NCBI GenBank assembly: GCA_038320275.1
Contig: JBBQEB010000048.1
Location: 1 to 24,181 of the forward strand
Direction: 5' to 3'
DNA length: 24,181 nt
Source of the DNA: Myxococcales bacterium
Lineage (GTDB): Bacteria > Myxococcota > Myxococcia > Myxococcales > Anaeromyxobacteraceae
Shown one piece after another: positions 8,504-20,610 of this stretch (position 1 is the stretch's first letter; every line of letters begins with the position of its first letter). Below the pieces are notes generated by a model, which was given only the letters and a program-made list of their open reading frames with translations, was not told the DNA's origin and searched no databases. The translations under genes and the position numbers were made by a program.

Positions 8504-9733
8504 GTGACGACGCGCCATCCCGTCCACGCCTACCTCGCCGCGCTCCAGCCGCTCTCCATGAGGTTCGGCCTCGAGCGCATGGAGCGCGCGCTCGACGCGC
8601 TGGGTCGCCCGGAGCGGGCCCTGCGCATCCTCCATGTCGCCGGCACCAACGGGAAGGGCTCCACCTGCGCCATGGCCGCCGAGGCGCTGCGCCGGGCCGG
8701 GCACCGCACCGGCCTCTACACCTCGCCCCACCTCGTCCACTTCAACGAGCGCATCGCGGTGGACGGCGCCGCCATCGACGACGGCGCGCTGGCGCGCCAG
8801 GTGGCCCGGGTGCGAGGCGCCTGTCCCTGGCACGACGACGCCGGTGGGGACGGCGAGCGGCTCACCTATTTCGAGATGGCGACGCTGGCCGCGCTGCTCC
8901 ACTTCGCGGAGGAGCGGACAGGCGCGGTCGTGCTGGAGGTGGGGCTGGGCGGCAGGTTCGACGCCACCAACGCCGTCCGGCCGCTCGCGTGCGCGGTGAG
9001 TCGCATCGGCCTCGACCACACCGAGCTTCTCGGCCCGACGCTGGCCGCAGTGGCGGGGGAGAAGGCGGGCATCTTCAAGCCGGGCGTTCCGGCGGTGGTG
9101 GCGGGAGCGCAGCCGGCCGAGGCGCTGGAGAGGCTGCGGGGCGAGGCGGCGCGCGCCGGCGCGCCCTTCTCCGTCGCACCGGCGGCCTACCCGGGCCCGG
9201 TGGGGCTCGCCGGCGCGCATCAGCGCGAGAACGCGGCCCTGGCGGCGGGCGCGCTCGCCCTCCTCGACGCGGCAGGTCTCCCTGTGTCGGCGGAGCACGT
9301 CGCGAGCGGGATCGCGAACGCCGCCTGGCCCGGGCGGCTGGAGACCGTGGCCGGCGTGCTGCTCGACGGCGCGCACAACCCGGACGGCGCGGCTGCGCTC
9401 GCGAGGGCGCTCCCGTCCCTCCATGCCGGCAGGCCGGTCGAGCTCGTCTTCGGCGTGCTCGCGGACAAGGATCACCGCCGAATGCTGGAGGCGCTCGCGC
9501 CGGTCGTGCGCGGGCTGCACCTGGTGGCGCCCCGCTCCCCACGCGCCCGCGCCACCGCGAGCCTGCGCCCGCTCGCCTGGAAGCTGTTCGAGCGGGTGGA
9601 CGAGCACGTCAGTCCGGCCGAGGCGGTGGCGTGCGCGCGGCGCCGCGCCGCCGAGGGTGCCGCGCTGGTGTGCGCAGCGGGATCCCTGTACCTGGTGGGC
9701 GAGCTGAGGGAACTGCTCCTTCGAGGAGGGTGA
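8504..9733 (+). CDS. folC: Bifunctional folylpolyglutamate synthase/dihydrofolate synthase
   Basis: HVAGTNGKGST, GLYTSPHL..FNERI, LTYFE, LEVGLGGRFDATN, IGLDHT..LG, EKAGIFK, WPGRLE, LDGAHNPDG, GSLYLVG. Confidence 0.96.
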   Translation: MTTRHPVHAYLAALQPLSMRFGLERMERALDALGRPERALRILHVAGTNGKGSTCAMAAEALRRAGHRTGLYTSPHLVHFNERIAVDGAAIDDGALARQVARVRGACPWHDDAGGDGERLTYFEMATLAALLHFAEERTGAVVLEVGLGGRFDATNAVRPLACAVSRIGLDHTELLGPTLAAVAGEKAGIFKPGVPAVVAGAQPAEALERLRGEAARAGAPFSVAPAAYPGPVGLAGAHQRENAALAAGALALLDAAGLPVSAEHVASGIANAAWPGRLETVAGVLLDGAHNPDGAAALARALPSLHAGRPVELVFGVLADKDHRRMLEALAPVVRGLHLVAPRSPRARATASLRPLAWKLFERVDEHVSPAEAVACARRRAAEGAALVCAAGSLYLVGELRELLLRGG

Positions 9734-9814
9734 GCGCCACGCCGCCGCCCACGGCGGCAAGCGGCCTAAATGGTCGCTTGCGACCCCCATGGACGCGTCC
9801 CACCTTTGGAGGGA

Positions 9815-11155
9815 ATGCACCGCCTCCGTTTGCCGGATGCCCTTGGGCCTCCCTCGCCCCGCATGGAGGACGTCAGCTGGAAGGACTTGTACGCCAAGTC
9901 GAAGTACGAGGTGCGGACCGACGACGGCTGGACCCTCGTCGTCACCCGTTACCGCCCCCTTCCGCAGAGCTTTGCCCAGCCTATCCACGGGGAGCCCATC
10001 CTCCTCGTGCACGGGTTCTCGCAGAACCGGCACGCCTGGACCTGTGGCGGCTTCGTGAAGCACCTGCTGTTTTATGGCGCCGACGTCCACATCCTGGAGC
10101 TGCGCGGCCACGGGCTGTCGTCGGTGGCACTTCAGCGCGAGCGCGCGGAGGCTGCCCGGGAGCCGCTGCCGGGCGACCTCGACTACGACTGGGACATCGA
10201 CAGCTACTTCCTCCAGGACATCCCCGCCGCCATCGCCGCCGTAAAGCGCATCACCGGGCGCGACGAGATCTTCTATTGCGGCCACTCCATGGGCGGGATG
10301 CTGGGCTACGGCTACGCCACGCTGCAGAGGGATCTCGCCGGGCTCATCACCATCGGCGCCCCCGCGGACCCCGGCAAGGGGTTCCTGCCGCTCCGGCTCC
10401 TGGCGCACCTGGGACCGGCGCTCGAGCTCGGCATCGACGCAGCCATGATGGCGCGCTGGACGGGGCAGTGGGCCGGCTATCACGCGCGAGAGGGCATCCG
10501 GCAGGCGCTGCGGCGGGCGCCAGCGCTCGGCACGTGGATCGCCTCCGCGCTCGGGGCGCGCACCAGGCCGGAGCGCCAGCGCTTCCAGTACTACCCCATG
10601 GATCTCGTGCTTCGCCGGCTGGAGCACGCGCTCGCGAACCCGCGCACGTACGCCGCCTGGGAGCGCCTCTCCCGGCACCACCCCGGGCTCGCCAACCCGG
10701 CGCAGATCACGGTGGACGAGATGCGGTGGCTCCTGCGCGAGGGGGGCGACCGGGAGCCGCGCAAGGTGGTGGCCCAGCTCGCGCGCTGGATCCGCGAGGG
10801 GCAGCTCTGCTGCTATCGCACCGGGTACACGTTCCGGGAGCACTTCGATCAGATCCGGATCCCGATGGCGATCGTCTTCGGCGATCTCGACCCGCTCGCC
10901 ACCATCGCCTCCACCAAGGAGGTCTACCGCGCGGCGAAGAGCGAATACCTGCTGTGGCGACCGGTGAAGGGCAACAGCCATCTCGAGCTCACCATGGGCC
11001 GCGACGTCCGGCAGATTTCCTTCGACGTGAAGAACCTGGTGGAGTTCGCCCGCAAGTTTCCGGTGGGATCCGCGCGGGCAGACGGCGCCACCCGCAGGCT
11101 GGGGGAGCGCCGCGCGGCGCCGCGCTCCGCCGAGCCGTACCTCCGCGGCGCGTGA
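9815..11155 (+). CDS. Alpha/beta-fold serine hydrolase (lipase/esterase-like); start uncertain (9770, 9815 or 9863)
   Basis: Oxyanion segment LLVHGFSQN, ELRGHG, nucleophile elbow GHSMGG, acid GDLDPLA and histidine GNSHLEL. No evident signal peptide. Confidence 0.88.
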   Translation: MHRLRLPDALGPPSPRMEDVSWKDLYAKSKYEVRTDDGWTLVVTRYRPLPQSFAQPIHGEPILLVHGFSQNRHAWTCGGFVKHLLFYGADVHILELRGHGLSSVALQRERAEAAREPLPGDLDYDWDIDSYFLQDIPAAIAAVKRITGRDEIFYCGHSMGGMLGYGYATLQRDLAGLITIGAPADPGKGFLPLRLLAHLGPALELGIDAAMMARWTGQWAGYHAREGIRQALRRAPALGTWIASALGARTRPERQRFQYYPMDLVLRRLEHALANPRTYAAWERLSRHHPGLANPAQITVDEMRWLLREGGDREPRKVVAQLARWIREGQLCCYRTGYTFREHFDQIRIPMAIVFGDLDPLATIASTKEVYRAAKSEYLLWRPVKGNSHLELTMGRDVRQISFDVKNLVEFARKFPVGSARADGATRRLGERRAAPRSAEPYLRGA

Positions 11156-12195
11156 CGTCTTCGACCCTGCCGCTTCTTCTCGCCCTGCTGGCCGCCTCGG
11201 GCCCGCCGGAGGCGAACGACGGGACGGGCGTGGCGGCGACCGTGACGGGCGTCGAGGTGAGGAGCCTCCCGGGCGCGGTGGAGGTGGTCATCCGCAGCTC
11301 GCGGCCGCCGAGCTTCACCACCTTCTCGGCCCACTCGCCGCCCCGCTTCGTCGTCGACTTCCCGGGCTCGAGCCTCCAGGACGTCGCCGAGCCCGCCGGG
11401 GCGCACGGAACGGTCCGAGGGGTCCAGGCGATGGCCGTGGGCGGCGAGGGATTGCACGGCGCACGGGTGGTGATCGCGCTCGCGCGGGAGGTGGAGCCGC
11501 CGGAGGTCCGCCTGGACGGAAGCACCCTCGTGGTCACGTTCGCCTCGCCGGCGAGCGCGACCGCCTCCGGGCTCCCGCCCAGCCCGACCGCGACCGCGAC
11601 TCCGACCTCCCACCCGCCCGCGACCGCGACTGCGACTGCGACCCCGACCTCGACCTCGCACCCGACTCCGACCGCGACCGCGACCTCGCACCCGACCCCG
11701 ACTCCGACCGCGACTGCGACCTCGCAGTCGCACCCGAACGCGACCTCGACGGCGACCCCGACCTCGACCGCGACCGCGAGCCCGACCCCGACCTCGCACC
11801 CGCACCCGCACCCGAACCCGCCCGCGACCCCGCATCCGCCCGCGACCCCGACCCCGCCGCCCTCCCGTCAGGTGAAGGAAGTCGGCTTCCGGCAGCTCGC
11901 CGCGGGATCGCGCGTGTTCATCCGCCTCTCGTCGCCGCCTCGCTTTTCCATCGGGGAGGCAGCCGGCGGCGCTCTCCTGCGCGTCGAGCTGCAGGGGACG
12001 GAGATCGCGCCCGACAAGGCCCGGCGGCTCGACACCTCCTTCTTCCGGTCCGCCGTCACCGCGGTGACCGCGCACCGGGAGGGCACCACCACCGTCGTCG
12101 AGATCGCCCTCCGCGCAAAGGTGCCCCACCAGCAGCGCATCGAGGGCGACACGCTGATCCTCGACTTCGCCCCGCTCCCCGAGCCCGCTCCGTAG
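11152..12195 (+). CDS. Secreted/periplasmic protein with two AMIN-like domains joined by a Pro/Thr-rich linker
   Basis: GTG overlaps the hydrolase stop (GTGA). Signal-peptide-like 'LPLLLALLAASG'. AMIN-like 'FTTFSAHSPPRFVVDFPG...ARVVIAL' and a second repeat 'SRVFIRLS...LRVELQG...RLDTSFF...VVEIAL...DTLILDF'. It forms the tail of the spurious 1775-aa ORF. Confidence 0.78.
   Translation: MTSSTLPLLLALLAASGPPEANDGTGVAATVTGVEVRSLPGAVEVVIRSSRPPSFTTFSAHSPPRFVVDFPGSSLQDVAEPAGAHGTVRGVQAMAVGGEGLHGARVVIALAREVEPPEVRLDGSTLVVTFASPASATASGLPPSPTATATPTSHPPATATATATPTSTSHPTPTATATSHPTPTPTATATSQSHPNATSTATPTSTATASPTPTSHPHPHPNPPATPHPPATPTPPPSRQVKEVGFRQLAAGSRVFIRLSSPPRFSIGEAAGGALLRVELQGTEIAPDKARRLDTSFFRSAVTAVTAHREGTTTVVEIALRAKVPHQQRIEGDTLILDFAPLPEPAP
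11584..11862 (+). repeat. Degenerate hexamer tandem repeat (NCG-ACY / NCG-CAC) encoding a PT/AT/ST/SH/PH linker
   Basis: Runs such as ccgacc gcgacc gcgact ccgacc ... tcgacc tcgcac ccgact ... ccgcac ccgcac over about 280 nt; strongly C-rich on the + strand. Confidence 0.9.
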
Positions 12196-12210
12196 TACGC
12201 TGCCGCGAGC

Positions 12211-14751
12211 TTGATCCCGGCAGCCCTCCTGGCCCTCGCCCTGGCCGCCGCGACGGCGCAGCCCCTTCCCGGCGCGCGCAGCCCCACTCCGATCCAGATC
12301 GTGGAGTCGGGCACCACCGAGTACGACCTCTCCGGCGGCAACGTGCGCGTCCGCGCGACCGGCGGGGTGACGCTGCGGCGCGGGGCGGTGACCCTGCACG
12401 CCGAGGAGGCGACCTGGGACGATGCCACGGGCGTCGTCGAGGCGACAGGCGGCGTCCTCCTCACCGAGCCCGGACGCGCGGTGTCGGCCAACCGCATGCA
12501 CGCCGTGCTCGACGGCCCGTTCCAGGCGCACGACATCGTCGCGTTCCTGAAGGACGCGCCGCTCGACCTCTCTCGCTGCCGGACCTCCGACGAGGCGCGC
12601 GACTCCGGGCGCAATCGCCTGGTCTTCCACGGCGACCGCGCCGCCGGAGAGACGCGCTCGCAAACACTGGAGGTGGACGGCGCCCGGGTGACGCTGTGCG
12701 ACTGCGGCGCGGGGCCTCCCCCGTGGGAGATCCGGGCCCGCCACGCCGCCGTCATCCCGGGGAAGCGGGCGCTGCTCTCCTGGCCCGTCTTCTACGTCAC
12801 GCCGCGCTTCCTCTTCGTCCACACGCCCGTACCGGTGCTGGTCCTCCCGGTCGCCTACCTCCCGCTCTCCGAGCGCCAGTCGGGGCTCCTCCTGCCGGAG
12901 GTCACTGCTGGCGGGAACAGCGGCTGGGGCGTCGATCTGCCGCTCTTCCTCACGCTGGGCCGCAGCTACGACGCGACGCTCACGACGGCGTACGTGTTCG
13001 GGCCCACCGAGGCCACGGTGGCGAGCCAGCACCGCGGCGTGAAAGGCCCCGGCGAGACGCTGGAGCTGCGATGGGCGCCCTCCGAGGGCACGCGCGGGCA
13101 GGCGAGGGTCTTCGCGCTGCACAGCCTCATCCCGGACTGGCCGGGCGGCGCGGCCGGTCCGCCGGGAGACAATCGGATCGCGCTCTCGCTCGCGCACGAC
13201 CAGCGGGTGAGCGACCGCACCATGCTGGAGCTCCAGCTCGGCCTCATCGGTGACCCGTACTACCTGGCCGACTTCACCGGGGACCCGCTCCTGCGGGCCG
13301 CTGACTACCGCCGCAGCGGCGTCGCGCTCACGCACAGGCGGGACGACCTCGTGCTGGAGGCGGATGCCGCGTATCACCTGCCGCTCACCGGGCTCGACGC
13401 CTGCCTCGGCGCGGGCGCCTGTCCGGTGCGCGCGCCCTTTGGCGTCTTCGGCGCCGACGTGCCGGTCTTCCACCGCCTCCCGTCCGCCTCTGCGATGCTC
13501 TTGCCCACCCGGGTGGCCGGTCCGCTGCGGCTCGGCATCATGCTCGGGATCGCCCGGTTCGCCCCCATCCGCGGAGCGACGGGGGACGAGGGGGCGAACG
13601 GCGTCGGCCCTGGGGAGCGCGGCTGGAGCTACCTCGCGGACCCCGGCGAGCGCGACGGACGCTGGGAGGCCGGCGAGCGGCTCGCCACCACCCGCGGCGC
13701 TGCGCGGGTGGAGCTCACGGCGCCCTTCTCCCTGGCCGGCGCGCTCCAGGTGGAGCCCTGGGCCGCCGGGACCGCCACCGCCTACGCCTTCGACGCGGGG
13801 CCCGGAGCGCAGGGCGACGCGCGGGCGGCGGCGGGCCTCAGCGTGTCGGCGCCCTTCGGGCGCAGCTTCGGGAGCGGAGCCTCCCGCTTCCGACATGTGG
13901 TCGAGCCGGCGATCGCCTGGCGCGGCGGCACCGGCCAGGCCGGCCCGGGGCTGCCCGCGTTCGCGTACGACGAGCTCGACGTGGCGCTCCCCCCGCCACG
14001 TGTGGGCGCCAGCGCGACCGGCGCCGCGGCGGTTCTCCCACAGCGTGCGCTCTCCGCCATCCCGGGCTCCTTCTCGCAGGTGAGGCTGTCGCTTCGCAAC
14101 CGGCTCGTGGCGGGAGCCGGCACGCTGTCGAACGGCTTCCTCGACGTCACCGTGGGTCAAGACCTCGACGCGGCGGCGGGCCGCGCCTCCGAGACCTGGA
14201 TGGCCGCCGGGCTCCATCTGGTGGGCCTCTCCGCCGATGCCTCGGCCCGGTTCCGCGCGTTCGGCGCCCGCCTCCCGGAGCTGACCCCGCGCACCGCTCC
14301 CCCCGCGCGCCTCGACGCCTTCACCGAGCTGCGCGCGAGCGTCACCGCCTCCGACCGGCGCGGCGACGACCTGCACGGCACCTTCATCGCGGTGGGGCCC
14401 GGCGGCTCGCCCCGGCTGGAGGCGGGCCTCGAGCCCTTCTTCGACCCGCGCGCCTTTGCGGTGGACGCCGTGGCGCAGGGTGGCGTCGGCGCGCGGGTGC
14501 GCGTGAGCGGAGCCACCCTGGGCTACGACGCCGCCTTCAACGCGCGCGAGCTCACCGCGCCTCTCTGCCCGGGCAAGAGCACCGGTCCGCACGTGTACCA
14601 GCACGCAGCGTCGCTCGTCTGGGATTCGCCCTGCCGCTGCTGGAAGGCGGGCGTCACCGCCTCGCTCTTCGAGTGCGACGCGCACCCGCGGTTCGGGTTC
14701 ATCATCGACCTCTCCTCGCTCACCGAGCGCCGGAGCGCCGCGGGCCCCTGA
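12211..14751 (+). CDS. lptD: LPS-assembly outer-membrane protein LptD (divergent)
   Basis: Signal peptide (MIPAALLALALAAATAQ). OstA-like N-terminus (ATGGVTLRRGAVTLHAEEATWD...VEATGGV). 'TLCDC...PWEIRA', 'PVAYLPLSERQSGLLLP', 'LPLFLTLGRSYDATLT', 'FRHVVEP', 'LRNRL' and C-terminal 'SPCRCW', all characteristic of LptD. TTG start. Confidence 0.85.
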   Translation: MIPAALLALALAAATAQPLPGARSPTPIQIVESGTTEYDLSGGNVRVRATGGVTLRRGAVTLHAEEATWDDATGVVEATGGVLLTEPGRAVSANRMHAVLDGPFQAHDIVAFLKDAPLDLSRCRTSDEARDSGRNRLVFHGDRAAGETRSQTLEVDGARVTLCDCGAGPPPWEIRARHAAVIPGKRALLSWPVFYVTPRFLFVHTPVPVLVLPVAYLPLSERQSGLLLPEVTAGGNSGWGVDLPLFLTLGRSYDATLTTAYVFGPTEATVASQHRGVKGPGETLELRWAPSEGTRGQARVFALHSLIPDWPGGAAGPPGDNRIALSLAHDQRVSDRTMLELQLGLIGDPYYLADFTGDPLLRAADYRRSGVALTHRRDDLVLEADAAYHLPLTGLDACLGAGACPVRAPFGVFGADVPVFHRLPSASAMLLPTRVAGPLRLGIMLGIARFAPIRGATGDEGANGVGPGERGWSYLADPGERDGRWEAGERLATTRGAARVELTAPFSLAGALQVEPWAAGTATAYAFDAGPGAQGDARAAAGLSVSAPFGRSFGSGASRFRHVVEPAIAWRGGTGQAGPGLPAFAYDELDVALPPPRVGASATGAAAVLPQRALSAIPGSFSQVRLSLRNRLVAGAGTLSNGFLDVTVGQDLDAAAGRASETWMAAGLHLVGLSADASARFRAFGARLPELTPRTAPPARLDAFTELRASVTASDRRGDDLHGTFIAVGPGGSPRLEAGLEPFFDPRAFAVDAVAQGGVGARVRVSGATLGYDAAFNARELTAPLCPGKSTGPHVYQHAASLVWDSPCRCWKAGVTASLFECDAHPRFGFIIDLSSLTERRSAAGP

Positions 14752-14782
14752 GCCTGTGAGCCCCCTGAGCCCTTGCGAATCG

Positions 14783-14812
14783 TTGACACGGTGCGGCGAG
14801 GGTGAATAGCGT
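14783..14812 (+). promoter_or_regulatory. Putative sigma70 promoter for the TetR gene, probably leaderless
   Basis: TTGACA(14783-14788)-N18-TAGCGT(14807-14812)-N6-GTG(14819). Confidence 0.6.
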
Positions 14813-14818
14813 TGGCAG

Positions 14819-15535
14819 GTGTCTCGCCCGCAGAACGGCAGCCGCTCCACGGAGCCGCCAGTCTCCCTCGACCACGAGCCCGAGAAGCGCCGCGCCATCC
14901 TCCACGCGGCGGTGCGCGTGTTCGCGGAGAAGGGCTACCACGGGTGCCGCATCGCCGACGTGGCGCGGCAGGCGGGCGTCGCCTACGGCCTCGTTTACCA
15001 CTACTTCGAGGACAAGGAGGAGCTGCTCGAGAGCGTCTTCGCCGAGCAGTGGACCATCTTCCTGCGCGCCCTGCGGGCCATCGCCGACGGGCCGGGCCCG
15101 GCCGCCGAGCAGCTCTCCGGGATCTGCCGCTTCGCGGTGGAGGTGTTCCGCACCTCGCCGGCGGCCGTCCGCGTGCTCCTCCTGGAGGCGACGCGCGCGC
15201 CCAGGCTGTACCGCTCCGGCTCCACCCGCCGCACCTTCCAGGAGGCGCTGCGCACCGTCGGCGAGGTGGTGGCGCGCGGGCAGGACCGCGGCGAGCTGCG
15301 CCGGGACCTCGACCCGCTGGTGGTCGCCGCGAGCGTCCTCGGCGCGCTCGAGCTCTGCCTCACCGGCATGGTGACCGGCATCCTCGGAGACCCCGCCGGT
15401 GACGCCGCCCAGAAGGTGGAGCACGGCCTCATCGAGCTTTTGCTGAGCGGAGTGCGCGCGCCCGCCGGTCCCGCCGCGGGCTCCCCGGAAGACGCGGCAA
15501 ACACCTTGCCACCCGCGCCCCCTTCACGTACTTGA
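14819..15535 (+). CDS. TetR/AcrR-family transcriptional regulator
   Basis: HTH 'KRRAILHAAVRVFAEKGYHGCRIADVARQAGVAYGLVYHYFEDKEELL' and C-terminal 'GQDRGELRRDLDP'. Confidence 0.95.
   Translation: MSRPQNGSRSTEPPVSLDHEPEKRRAILHAAVRVFAEKGYHGCRIADVARQAGVAYGLVYHYFEDKEELLESVFAEQWTIFLRALRAIADGPGPAAEQLSGICRFAVEVFRTSPAAVRVLLLEATRAPRLYRSGSTRRTFQEALRTVGEVVARGQDRGELRRDLDPLVVAASVLGALELCLTGMVTGILGDPAGDAAQKVEHGLIELLLSGVRAPAGPAAGSPEDAANTLPPAPPSRT
15506..15534 (+). promoter_or_regulatory. Putative promoter for the serA leader/serA, inside the 3' end of the TetR gene
   Basis: TTGCCA(15506-15511)-N17-TACTTG(15529-15534), followed by AAGGA and an ATG at 15559. Confidence 0.55.
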
Positions 15536-15558
15536 AGCCCTCACCGGGAAGGAAATCC

Positions 15559-15627
15559 ATGCCGACCTCCAGCCGCCTCTTCACCCCTCGCCCCACGTTC
15601 ACGAAGAGCCGCTCGGAGGCCCTCTAG
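15559..15627 (+). other. 22-aa upstream ORF MPTSSRLFTPRPTFTKSRSEAL (candidate leader peptide and/or aminotransferase gene remnant)
   Basis: AAGGA at 15549-15553, ATG 15559, TAG 15625-15627 directly followed by the serA ATG in the same frame. Too short for the ORF track. Confidence 0.55.
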
Positions 15628-17217
<1,590 letters not shown>

Positions 17218-17244
17218 CGGCCGCCGCGCCCGGGTAGGCTTCAC

Positions 17245-19678
<2,434 letters not shown>

Positions 19679-19683
19679 CGGGG

Positions 19684-19706
19684 TCGTCCAGGAAGCCCTG
19701 GACCGA
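19684..19706. terminator. Hairpin between convergent purA and FHA genes (possible terminator or stabiliser)
   Basis: GTCCAGG(19686-19692)-aagc-CCTGGAC(19697-19703), extendable by 2 bp across a bulge. No U-tract. Confidence 0.3.
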
Positions 19707-19724
19707 GCGGCGGCGACGGAACGG

Positions 19725-20510
19725 CTATCCGAGCAGGGCCCCGGCGCCGAGCAGCGCCGCGGCGGCGAGGAGAACCAGGGCGAGCCGAGAGCTCGCAGCC
19801 GGCGTGGGGCGGACCGCCCGGCCCGGGCAGCTCCGCGCAGGGTTCCGGGCGAGGGCTTGGCGGCTGCTGGTCTCGCTAGCCTCGTAGAGGAGGGCCGTGC
19901 TCCCGAGCGACACCAGGTCGCCGGGCGCGAGGCGCATCGCCTTCCGGCCGACGCGGCGCCCGTTCACGGTGACGCCGTTCTTGCTCCGCAGGTCGAGCAG
20001 GCGCACGCAGCCGTCCCGGTGCGCGAGGCGCGCGTGCTGTCGCGAGGTGGCGGGGTCGTCGAGCGAGAGGCCCGCTCCGGCTCCGCGCCCGAGCACCAGC
20101 CCGTCGGCGATGGGAAGCCGCTCCCCTGCTCGAGGGCCCTCCACCACCAGGAGCCAGGGGCCGCGCACCGGAGCGCCGGTCCCGGCCAGGCCGAGGAGCT
20201 CGCCGGCCAACGCGAGCGTGCCCTCGGGGCGCGGCTCCGGCGCGAGCTCGAGCCCCAAGGCCTCGGCGCGCTCGCCCTCGCGCAGGAGCCGTCGGACGCC
20301 CGGTGGAACCGGGCGGCCGGCGACCTCGGCCCGCACGCCCAGCGCCTCGAGCACGATCCCGTCCGGCGCCGGCCAGGCAGCGAGCACGTTCGCGCCGGCC
20401 CCCGGGACCGCGACCTCGTCGCCGGGTCCTCCGCCGAGGGTGATGCGGCCGGAGAGTGGGATGGACTCGGGCGGCGAGCCGGGGCGCTGTACGATGAGCC
20501 GGTCGGACAT
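19725..20510 (-). CDS. FHA-domain protein with C-terminal membrane anchor
   Basis: FHA signature 'LVLGRG...LDDPATSRQHARL...DLRSKNGVTVNG...LAPGDLVSLGST'. Hydrophobic C-terminus 'LALVLLAAAALLGAGALLG'. ATG 20510 preceded by GGAGAGG. Confidence 0.88.
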   Translation of the reverse strand: MSDRLIVQRPGSPPESIPLSGRITLGGGPGDEVAVPGAGANVLAAWPAPDGIVLEALGVRAEVAGRPVPPGVRRLLREGERAEALGLELAPEPRPEGTLALAGELLGLAGTGAPVRGPWLLVVEGPRAGERLPIADGLVLGRGAGAGLSLDDPATSRQHARLAHRDGCVRLLDLRSKNGVTVNGRRVGRKAMRLAPGDLVSLGSTALLYEASETSSRQALARNPARSCPGRAVRPTPAASSRLALVLLAAAALLGAGALLG

Positions 20511-20610
20511 GACCTCTCCACCTTCCATGCCCCGTGCCGGCGGGCGCTCGCCGGGGCGGGAGCCTGCGGCGCCCCCCGCCCCTCGCAGGCGCCCAGCAGC
20601 CGGACGCGCG

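Noticed and set aside
9741..9758. Intrinsic terminator after folC (GCCGCCG-ccca-CGGCGGC)
   Set aside because: A 7-bp stem with no U-tract; insufficient support in GC-rich DNA.
11584..11862. CRISPR array or mobile repeat
   Set aside because: No constant repeat with unique spacers; it is an in-frame low-complexity coding linker.
6868..12195. 1775-aa + strand ORF (also the 1324-aa at 10924-14898, 881-aa at 5012-7657, 851-aa at 8426-10981, 835-aa at 15736-18243 and 813-aa at 4800-7241)
   Set aside because: Shadow ORFs typical of very high GC DNA: Arg/Pro/Gly-rich or antisense to clear genes. Only the tails of two are real (AMIN protein from 11152, rpmB from 5018).
19725..20510. FHA protein as part of the BREX system (PglW kinase partner)
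   Set aside because: It lies more than 16 kb away, separated by core genes; nothing in the sequence links them.
20524..20540. Sigma54 promoter for the FHA gene (CGGCACG-N4-ATGGA on the minus strand)
   Set aside because: The -12 GC dinucleotide is missing and the implied start would fall almost on the start codon.
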